A stretch of DNA of 25,559 bases, taken from the NCBI RefSeq assembly GCF_900289195.1, contig NZ_OMOH01000005.1, positions 265,930 through 291,488 of the forward strand, written 5' to 3'. The translations under genes were made by a program, and so were the position numbers. The notes beneath the pieces are model-generated. The model saw nothing but the letters and a program-made list of their open reading frames with translations. It had not been told where the DNA came from and ran no database searches. Origin of the DNA: Propionibacterium ruminifibrarum. GTDB lineage: Bacteria; Actinomycetota; Actinomycetes; Propionibacteriales; Propionibacteriaceae. Below, piece by piece: positions 1-6,130 of the stretch (positions are counted from its first letter, which is position 1; every line of letters starts with the position of its first letter).

Positions 1-136
1 TTGTGGCGGGTGTGGTTGCTGGTGGTGGTGTTGTGGCGGGGTCGGTTGTTGTGGCGTCGGACCAGGTGTGTCCGTCCCAGTAGCGGTAGCTGCCGGGTGT
101 GCCTGCTGGGTCGGGGTACCAACCGGGGACGGGCAT
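1..136 (-). CDS. DUF2510-domain protein, N-terminal part only (gene runs off the left edge of the window)
   Basis: Not in the ORF track because it is truncated. Reverse-strand ATG at 136..134 has GAGGAG 5-6 nt upstream. Translation is MPVPGWYPDPAGTPGSYRYWDGHTWSDATTTDPATTPPPATTPAT, i.e. the canonical GWYPDP...RYWDG..W DUF2510 motif followed by a Thr/Pro linker. Confidence 0.7.
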   Translation of the reverse strand, partial: MPVPGWYPDPAGTPGSYRYWDGHTWSDATTTDPATTPPPATTPAT

Positions 137-283
137 GCGCACTCCTCAACGACGGTGAACCGGGCGAACCCCTGTCCGCGCGGCGGCCTGTCATGGCCGA
201 GACGGTGGCTCACAGTGGAGTTTATCGCCTCGGCCCCCCGGTCGCGTCGGCGTTGGGCGGTGCGCGCTGGCACACTTGGGGGC

Positions 284-1618
284 ATGGATCGTCAAACCGA
301 GTTCGTCCTGCGCACTGTCGAGGAACGCAATGTGAAGTTCATTCGGCTCTGGTTCTCCGACGTGCAGGGCTTCCTGAAGTCGGTGGCCATGGCCCCGGCC
401 GAACTCGAGAGCGCCTTCGACGAGGGCACCGGTTTCGACGGCTCGTCCATCGAGGGCTACGCCCGCGTGTACGAGTCCGACATGATCGCGCACCCCGATC
501 CGTCCACCTTCCAACTGCTGCCGTGGCGCACCCACGCCAACACGGCACGCATGTTCTGCGACATCACCATGCCCGACGGCTCGCCGGCGATGGCCGACCC
601 GCGGCAGGTGCTCAAACGGGCCCTGGGCAAGGCCGCCGACATGGGGTTCACCTTCTACTGCCACCCCGAGATCGAGTTCTTCCTGCTCGAGAAACTGCGC
701 CAGGGCGACTTCGAGCCCAAACCGCTCGACAACGCCGGCTACTTCGACCACACCACGATGGACGACGGCACCGATTTCCGCCGCGACGCCGTGATGATGC
801 TCGAACAGATGGGCATCTCGGTCGAGTTCAGCCACCACGAGAGCGCGCCGGGCCAGCACGAGATCGACCTGCGCTACGCCGACGCCCTGTCGATGGCCGA
901 CAACATCATGACCTTCCGGGTCGTCGTGCGTGAGATCGCAGCCGCCCAGGGCATCCAGGCGTCCTTCCTGCCCAAGCCGTTCACCGACGCCGCCGGCTCG
1001 GGCATGCACACCCACATGAGCCTGTTCGAGGGCGACCGCAACGTCTTCTTCGACGCCGCCGACGAGGTGCGCCTGTCGAGGACCGGCAGGCGTTTCGTGG
1101 CCGGCCTGCTGGCCCACGCCCGCGAGATCACCGCCGTCACCAACCAGTTCGTCAACTCGTACAAGCGCCTGTGGGGCGGCGGCGAGGCGCCCGCCTACAT
1201 CTGCTGGGGCCGCAACAACCGGTCGGCGCTGGTACGGGTGCCGCTGTTCAAGCCCAACAAGCAGTCCAGCGCCCGCATCGAGTACCGGGCCATCGACTCG
1301 GCCTGCAACCCCTACCTCACCTACGCCCTTCTCCTCAACGCCGGGCTGGACGGCATCGAACGCGAACTGCCGCTGCCCGACGAGGCCGAGGACGACGTGT
1401 GGGCCCTGACCCACAAGGAGCGCCACGCCCTCGGCATCGCCCCGCTGCCGCGCAGCCTCGACGAGGCGATCGAGGCCATGGAGTCCAGCGAGCTCGTCGC
1501 CGAGACCCTCGGCGAGCACGTCTTCGACTACTTCCTGCGCAACAAGCGCGCCGAGTACTTCGAGTACGCCCAGCAGGTCACCCCGTGGGAACTCAAGCGG
1601 GGCATCGGCCGGATCTGA
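284..1618 (+). CDS. glnA2: Glutamine synthetase family protein, GlnA2 type (GS-I beta-like paralogue)
   Basis: ORF 68..1618 trimmed to ATG 284 (MDRQTEFVLRTVEERNVKFIRLWFSDVQGFLKSV...). As I recall it, this is collinear from residue 1 with M. tuberculosis GlnA2 (Rv2222c). GS motifs present: FDGSSIEGY, HHESAPGQHEIDL, NSYKRL, NRSALVRVP. The position equivalent to the adenylylated Tyr of GlnA1 is Trp here (DDVWALTHKE). 445 aa. Confidence 0.93.
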   Translation: MDRQTEFVLRTVEERNVKFIRLWFSDVQGFLKSVAMAPAELESAFDEGTGFDGSSIEGYARVYESDMIAHPDPSTFQLLPWRTHANTARMFCDITMPDGSPAMADPRQVLKRALGKAADMGFTFYCHPEIEFFLLEKLRQGDFEPKPLDNAGYFDHTTMDDGTDFRRDAVMMLEQMGISVEFSHHESAPGQHEIDLRYADALSMADNIMTFRVVVREIAAAQGIQASFLPKPFTDAAGSGMHTHMSLFEGDRNVFFDAADEVRLSRTGRRFVAGLLAHAREITAVTNQFVNSYKRLWGGGEAPAYICWGRNNRSALVRVPLFKPNKQSSARIEYRAIDSACNPYLTYALLLNAGLDGIERELPLPDEAEDDVWALTHKERHALGIAPLPRSLDEAIEAMESSELVAETLGEHVFDYFLRNKRAEYFEYAQQVTPWELKRGIGRI

Positions 1619-1643
1619 ACCAGCGAAGCGGAGGAGGCCTGCC

Positions 1644-2741
1644 ATGATGTTCGTCTGCTCGTCATGCGGGGCCCGCGAGCCGGCCACCACCCGGGCGTCT
1701 GGGTGCGCCTGCGGCGGCCTGTGGGACCTGGAACACGAGCACCCGCCGTTCGGCCTCGACGCCGTTGACCGCGGCGAGTGGAGCATGTTCCGCTACCGGG
1801 CCTTCATGGGGCTCGACGACGATACCGCCTGGCGGTCCGTCACCATGGGCGAGGGCATGACCCCGATCATCGACTTCGACGACGACCTGGCGCTGAAGAT
1901 GGACTACTTCATGCCGACCCTGTCGTTCAAGGACCGCGGGGCCGCGGTGCTCGTCGCGCACTGCGTCTCGATCGGGGTCGAGAACGTCGCGCAGGACTCC
2001 AGCGGCAACGCCGGCCACGCCGTGGCCGCCTACTGCGCCCGCGCCGGGATCGGCTGCGAGATCTTCGTGCCCGAGGGCACCTCACCGAAGAAGATCGACC
2101 TGATCAGGGCCTGCGGCGCCACGGTCAACGTCGTGCCGGGCAACCGCGACCACTGCGCGGAGGTCTGCCGCGCCAAGGTCGCCGACGAGGGCGTCTACTA
2201 CGCCAATCACGTCTACAACCCGGTCTTCTACGAGGGCACGAAGACCTTCGCCTACGAGATCTACGAGCAGCTGGGGCGCGTCCCGGCGAACATCCTCGTG
2301 CCGGTCGGCAACGGCACACTGTTCCTCGGCCTGATGAAGGGCCTGGAGGACCTGCTGCACGCGGGACTCATCGAGACGATGCCGCAGATCATCGCCGTCC
2401 AGGCGCAGGGCTGCGACCCGCTGCTGCGGGCTGCCGAGGCCGGCGCCTCGCAGCCGGTGACGGTCACGCCGGAACCCACCCTCGCTGAGGGCATCGCCAT
2501 CGGAGCGCCGATGCGCGGAGCGCAGATCCTCGCCCACGCCCGCAGGTACGGCGTGCGTTTCGTCCACGCCCCCGAGGACGAGATCCTGCGGGCCCGCGCG
2601 GCGCTCGCCGCCAGGGGCGTCTACTGCGAGCACACGACGGCCGCGAACCTGGCCGCCTACTGGCAGTACTGCCGGCAGTGGGGACCCACCCCCGACTGCC
2701 TCACGGCCATGTGCGGGGCCGGCCTCAAGTCGGACCACTGA
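1644..2741 (+). CDS. Threonine-synthase-like PLP-dependent enzyme (fold type II) with N-terminal Cys4 zinc ribbon
   Basis: GGAGGAGG lies 6 nt upstream of ATG 1644, which is 25 nt after the glnA2 stop. N-terminus CSSCG...CACGG. PLP-lysine motif PTLSFKDRG, then SSGNAGHAVAAYCARAG and VPVGNGTLFLG. It differs from canonical actinobacterial ThrC at the N-terminus, so I call it ThrC-like rather than thrC. Confidence 0.8.
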   Translation: MMFVCSSCGAREPATTRASGCACGGLWDLEHEHPPFGLDAVDRGEWSMFRYRAFMGLDDDTAWRSVTMGEGMTPIIDFDDDLALKMDYFMPTLSFKDRGAAVLVAHCVSIGVENVAQDSSGNAGHAVAAYCARAGIGCEIFVPEGTSPKKIDLIRACGATVNVVPGNRDHCAEVCRAKVADEGVYYANHVYNPVFYEGTKTFAYEIYEQLGRVPANILVPVGNGTLFLGLMKGLEDLLHAGLIETMPQIIAVQAQGCDPLLRAAEAGASQPVTVTPEPTLAEGIAIGAPMRGAQILAHARRYGVRFVHAPEDEILRARAALAARGVYCEHTTAANLAAYWQYCRQWGPTPDCLTAMCGAGLKSDH

Positions 2742-2896
2742 GCCCGGGCCGGGGCATCACTCCGGCGCTCGGGTGCCGGCCGCCCCGTGCCGGTACCCGA
2801 CTCTTCCCAGACCCGCCCGGGGGGCCTGCGCGACCGGGCGCCGCCTCGCATGTTTCGCGTTCCTCCCCGATCCGCCGGGGGGCGGACCAGCCCGGA

Positions 2897-3634
2897 TCAG
2901 CGCGGGGCGATGACCGGCAGCATCTGCCGCACCTCGGCGGCGTGCACGCCCGAGACGCGCAGCAGGTGCCGTTCTCGCGCGGCGGTCCAGTCCAGCATGC
3001 CGGTGCACAGGGCCCAGAAGGTGTCCGGGTCGGTCTCGACGACGTTCGGCGGGGTGCCGCGGTGGTGCGTCGGGCCGCCGGTGAGCGCTCCGAGCTGCAC
3101 GGCCGTCACCGGGGGCACCCGCAGTTCGATGCTCTGGCCCGGGTGGCGTTCGCTCAGCGCCTGCGCGCAGGCCCGCAGCGCCTCGGCCGTGCCCGCCCGG
3201 TCGAGTCCGGCCCCGCACCGCTCGGCCAACAGGCGGGCCTCGATCGTCGCGGCCCGGATGACGTCGGGCAGCCTGACGGGCCCCTGGTCGGTCTCGACGA
3301 CACCCGTACCGGCCCCGTCCAGCGCCCGCCCGCACGCGGCTAGGGCCTCGTCCGCGTGGGCGGCCAGCTGCTCCGGCGACTCGTCGGCGGCGAGACGGTC
3401 GACCCGATCGTCGCGGGCCGGGCGGTCCTGCTCCAGGGCGGTCAGGTAGTCGGCCAGCGACATCGGGGTTGCGCGCAGCGGGGCAGTGGCCGCCCGCTCG
3501 ACGACCTCTGTCTGCCAGATGAGCTCGGCCAGGGCGCGGGCTCCGTGGGCTTCCGCGGGGTCTCTCAGCGCCCTCAGCCGGGTGAGATGGGCGCCTGCCG
3601 ATCTGCGTGCTGCCGCTTCGGCGCGGGTTGCCAT
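2897..3634 (-). CDS. Sterol-carrier (bacterial SCP orthologue, SCP_3-like) family protein
   Basis: ORF 2897..3775 trimmed to ATG 3634 (MATRAEAAARR...), which has GGGAGGG 6 nt upstream. The C-terminal SIELRVPPVTAVQL...GGPTHHRGTPPNVVETDPDTFWALCTGMLDW matches the conserved VRVPP..AVQ...HRRGTPPNVVETD..TWL.LATG core of actinobacterial sterol carrier family proteins as I recall it. Confidence 0.7.
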   Translation of the reverse strand: MATRAEAAARRSAGAHLTRLRALRDPAEAHGARALAELIWQTEVVERAATAPLRATPMSLADYLTALEQDRPARDDRVDRLAADESPEQLAAHADEALAACGRALDGAGTGVVETDQGPVRLPDVIRAATIEARLLAERCGAGLDRAGTAEALRACAQALSERHPGQSIELRVPPVTAVQLGALTGGPTHHRGTPPNVVETDPDTFWALCTGMLDWTAARERHLLRVSGVHAAEVRQMLPVIAPR

Positions 3635-4036
3635 GCGATCCCTCCCGCCTCGTTGGTCCTCATCGTCGCCCACCTGACGCGTGGACGGCAGGTCAGCGCG
3701 CTGCGAGACTACCCGCTCATCGGCTGTCGAGGCGCGGAGCTCGGGACTGAAGACCCCACGTCCCGCGGTGGCCACGGCCCGGCGGGATCACGAGGCATCC
3801 GCATTGCACCAGCAATCACTGAGCAGAGCAGTGTTTCTGCGCAGATCTATGATGCGGCACGAACTGGCCGAGGTTCGAGTAGGCTCCTGACGAGGGCAGT
3901 GGGGTTGGTCTCGAGACCGGCCCAGCATGTGGCGTGCTGTTCTGCGCGTCCGGCTCGGGCGGAAGCCGCCGAGAGCCCGATGACGTGCGCTCTGAAGAGG
4001 CGCTGTCGGCTGCGCGAGGGTCTCCAGGAGGCGGGT

Positions 4037-5668
4037 GTGAGTGACGAAGAGGACGAAGGCGCCGGCGCGGCTGACTTCTGGGCCATGACGCCTCCGCCGG
4101 AGCCTGATGACCCGGTGGAGCAGGATGCGTTGACCGATGAGTTGATTGACCGTGATCTGCTCGATCCGGTGACGGGGGCCGGACTTGCGCCGATGGGCGT
4201 AGCGACCCCGGTGCCGGAGGAATACTTCGAGCGGTTCGCGCAGATCTTCCCCCGGTCGATTCTGCGGGTGTGGCGGCGGTTCGGGTTCGAGGGCTTCGGT
4301 GACGGCCTGTTCTGGATCACCGACCCGCTGGAGTGGGCGCCGGTGGTGCAGATGTGGCTGGAGCCGGTGAGGGATCGGCTTCCGTTCACGGATACCTGGT
4401 ACTGCCTTGCCCGTGACGCCATGGGGAACCTGTTCCTGTGGGGTGAGAAAACCGGCCGCAGTCTGGAGGTCGACCCCACTCGTGTCGAGGTGATCATCGA
4501 CCAGCTCGCCTTACTGTCCTTCGACGATCCGGCGGTCCGTGAACGAGCCGGACGTGTCCGGTTCATCGGTCCCGCTGGCCGGATCGTTGAGGATCCTGAG
4601 GACGACGAGGATGACATGGAACCGCTGTTGGCGCCGCAGGCCCTTGAACGACTGGGCCCGGTCGACTCGGGGCAGGTGTACGGTTTCGTACTGCCACCGG
4701 CGCTGGGCGGGCAGCTCAGCGTCGACAATCTGCGGATCGTTGACGCGCAGACCTACCTGACCCTGCAGGCGCAGCAGGACGAGATCACTGTGAGCGATCC
4801 GGTCGGCGCCAACTGGGGGCAGGTCTCCACGCTCATCGGTGCCGATCCAGTGGCTCCCCCGGTTGAGCAGATGGGTGAGGAGAACGGCGGGGCGGCCGGT
4901 GCCGGGCAGGGCGATGCCGGCTCGGCGATCCCGTGGCACATGGTTCCTGAGCCGTCCGATCCGGCCGCGCAGGATGCGCTGACCGATGAGGTGATCGACC
5001 ACGATCTACTGGGGCCCGGGGGCGCGAACCTCAAGCCGATGGGTGTGGCCGTACCGGTGCCCGAGGAGTACTTCGAACGGATGGCAGTTTTTGTCCCGCG
5101 GTCGGTGCTGAGGGTGTGGCGGCGGTTCGGGTTCGAGGGTTTCGGCGATGGCCTGTTCTGGATCACCAATCCGTTTCAATGGATGACGGTGGTGAAGATG
5201 TGGCTGGACCTGGTCTGGGACCAGCTGCCGTTCGCGGACACGTGGTTCTGTGTGGCTCGCAGCGCCATGGGGGATCTGTTCCTGTGGGGGGAGGACAGCG
5301 GCAGAAGCCTGACGATCAATCCCGCCTACGGAGAGGTGATCATCGATTGGCCCGCCATATTGTCCTCCAGCGATCCTGATCCCGCGGCGCGACAGCGGGA
5401 CGGTCGCGCAGTTTTCACTTCTGCGGCGGAATGGAGTGTGACGGAGCCTGCGGATGATCTGGAGCGACCGCTGGCGCCGCAGGCACTCAAGCGGCTGGGT
5501 CCGGTCAATTCAGGGCAGATGTACGGGTTCGTCGTGCCGCCGACGCTGGGCGGGCCACTCAGCGTGGAGAATCTGCACATCGTCGACGCCATCACCTACC
5601 TGACCGCGCGGGTATGGCAAGGTGGGATCAGGGTGGATGATCCGATGAGTGACTACGACAACAGCTGA
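4037..5668 (+). CDS. Tandem-duplicated Tdi1-like protein: two complete GAD-like + DUF1851 (T6SS_Tdi1_C) immunity-type modules in one polypeptide
   Basis: The track ORF 3356..5668 overlaps the SCP gene on the other strand, so I reset the start to GTG 4037, which has AGGAGG (4026-4031) 5 nt upstream. Alternative starts are ATG 3980 and ATG 4085. Each half contains PVPEEYFER...LRVWRRFGFEGFGDGLFWIT(D/N)P (GAD-like) and DTW(Y/F)C(L/V)AR.AMG(N/D)LFLWGE...LAPQAL.RLGPV.SGQ.YGFV.PP.LGG.LSV.NL.IVDA (DUF1851). There is no stop codon between the halves. 543 aa. Confidence 0.8.
   Translation: MSDEEDEGAGAADFWAMTPPPEPDDPVEQDALTDELIDRDLLDPVTGAGLAPMGVATPVPEEYFERFAQIFPRSILRVWRRFGFEGFGDGLFWITDPLEWAPVVQMWLEPVRDRLPFTDTWYCLARDAMGNLFLWGEKTGRSLEVDPTRVEVIIDQLALLSFDDPAVRERAGRVRFIGPAGRIVEDPEDDEDDMEPLLAPQALERLGPVDSGQVYGFVLPPALGGQLSVDNLRIVDAQTYLTLQAQQDEITVSDPVGANWGQVSTLIGADPVAPPVEQMGEENGGAAGAGQGDAGSAIPWHMVPEPSDPAAQDALTDEVIDHDLLGPGGANLKPMGVAVPVPEEYFERMAVFVPRSVLRVWRRFGFEGFGDGLFWITNPFQWMTVVKMWLDLVWDQLPFADTWFCVARSAMGDLFLWGEDSGRSLTINPAYGEVIIDWPAILSSSDPDPAARQRDGRAVFTSAAEWSVTEPADDLERPLAPQALKRLGPVNSGQMYGFVVPPTLGGPLSVENLHIVDAITYLTARVWQGGIRVDDPMSDYDNS
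4085..4801 (+). repeat. Intragenic duplication, copy 1 (Tdi1-like module 1, MTPPPEPDDPVEQDALTDE...ITVSDP)
   Basis: Aligns codon for codon with 4940-5644, at roughly 60% aa identity by eye. The run 4266-4293 (gggtgtggcggcggttcgggttcgaggg) is identical to 5112-5139. Confidence 0.9.
4940..5644 (+). repeat. Intragenic duplication, copy 2 (Tdi1-like module 2, MVPEPSDPAAQDALTDE...IRVDDP)
   Basis: See copy 1. The copies are joined by a Gly/Ala-rich linker (4802-4939). The duplication is mirrored in two spurious antisense ORFs that both contain VIQNRPSPKPSNPNRRHT. Confidence 0.9.
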
Positions 5669-5685
5669 TATGACTAGGGGTTTTG

Positions 5686-6011
5686 TCACGTGGGAAGGAC
5701 GAGGAGCCGCCGGACGGGGTGCCTGGCGGCGCCTGTCTCGTGTTGGCCCGGGGTGGTGCCGGCGAGGTCCCGGCGGTCGCGGATCGTCTTACCGGGAACG
5801 TAGCGGTGCTGGTGGTGCCGGGCCCGCATCAGATCCGAACGGCAGTCCTCACACGCCCTGAAGATCTCTCCGGTCCACACATCCACCGCATGCGCCACCA
5901 CACAGCGGGCGTGCACATCCTGACCATCACTCGTACGCCCGCGTGAACAACCGGGGCCTCCCACACATGACCGCGTGAGGCCGGACAAGCCCGCCCTGCC
6001 CGGCAGCCCAC
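5686..6011 (-). pseudogene. Relic of an IS3-family transposase (rve integrase core), frameshifted and truncated
   Basis: Two reverse frames read together: ...RGHVWEAPVVHAGV... (5829-6011) then ...DVHARCVVAHAVDVWTGEIFRACEDC..MRARHHQHRYVPGKTIRDRRDLAGTTPGQHETGAA (5686-6033). This tracks the IS3 OrfB pattern QLWVADFTYV...DVFSRRIVGW....T.L..DALE.A...R....HHSDRGSQY.SIR.TERLAEAGI.PSVGSVGDA. The second catalytic Asp position is lost (HHQHR), and there is no OrfA and no C-terminal third. Confidence 0.4.
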
Positions 6012-6130
6012 GCATCGTTACGCGGCAAGCCACCGGCCCACCAGAACCTCACCACAACCCGGGGCCACCCACATACCGTCTAGGCTCGTGTGCAGCGGAC
6101 CGCGACACGGGTGTGCGGTGAGGAGGGGCC

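Noticed and set aside
68-283. N-terminal extensions offered by the track for glnA2 (68), the deacetylase (19259), DUF4191 (23022), gldA (23216) and the SCP-like gene (3775).
   Set aside because: Each extension is low-complexity and unsupported by homologue N-termini. An internal start with a good Shine-Dalgarno sequence coincides with the conserved protein start in each case.
137-283. GlnR-like half sites upstream of glnA2 (GTGAAC-cgggc-GAACC; CTCAC-agtgga-GTTTA).
   Set aside because: The spacing is AC-n7-AC rather than n9, and the second half does not match GaAAc. This is not distinguishable from chance.
191-1786. 531-aa ORF antisense to glnA2. The same class includes 6080..8914(-) opposite glnE, 12485..14170(+) opposite glnA1, 14309..16075(-) and 15946..18030(-) opposite the ABC genes, 18195..19118(+), 20208..22199(+) opposite ABC-F, and 23219..24574(-) opposite gldA.
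   Set aside because: Long stop-free antisense frames are expected at about 70% GC. Their translations are Arg/Gly/Ala/Pro/Val-rich low-complexity sequence with no recognisable motifs. Each lies exactly opposite a gene with unmistakable conserved motifs.
2812-2898. Small GC hairpins between the convergent ThrC-like and SCP-like genes: CGCCCGG...CCGGGCG at 2820-2846, and TCCGCC-gggg-GGCGGA at 2871-2886.
   Set aside because: The stems are short (6-7 bp), there are no U tracts, and such stems are frequent by chance at this GC content. They are plausible terminators but not well enough supported to list as features.
3356-4036. 5' 227 codons of the 770-aa track ORF, which would make the Tdi1-like protein much longer.
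   Set aside because: This part overlaps the SCP-like gene on the opposite strand and reads as Arg/Gly-rich nonsense. The duplicated-module similarity begins only near 4060, and a strong AGGAGG-GTG start exists at 4037.
3847-5169. Two antisense ORFs (3847..4728 and 4753..5169, minus) that share the peptide VIQNRPSPKPSNPNRRHT. They look like a repeated gene family.
   Set aside because: The shared peptide is the mirror image of the conserved RRFGFEGFGDGLFWIT coding block in the two plus-strand modules. The repeat is real, but the coding strand is plus.
5683-5946. 87-aa plus-strand ORF and the 70-aa ORF 5649..5861 downstream of the Tdi1-like gene, considered as a possible missing toxin.
   Set aside because: The sequence is Gly/Arg/Pro-rich with no RBS. 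The opposite strand gives a much better match to an IS3 integrase core, and a toxin would be expected upstream of its immunity gene, not downstream.
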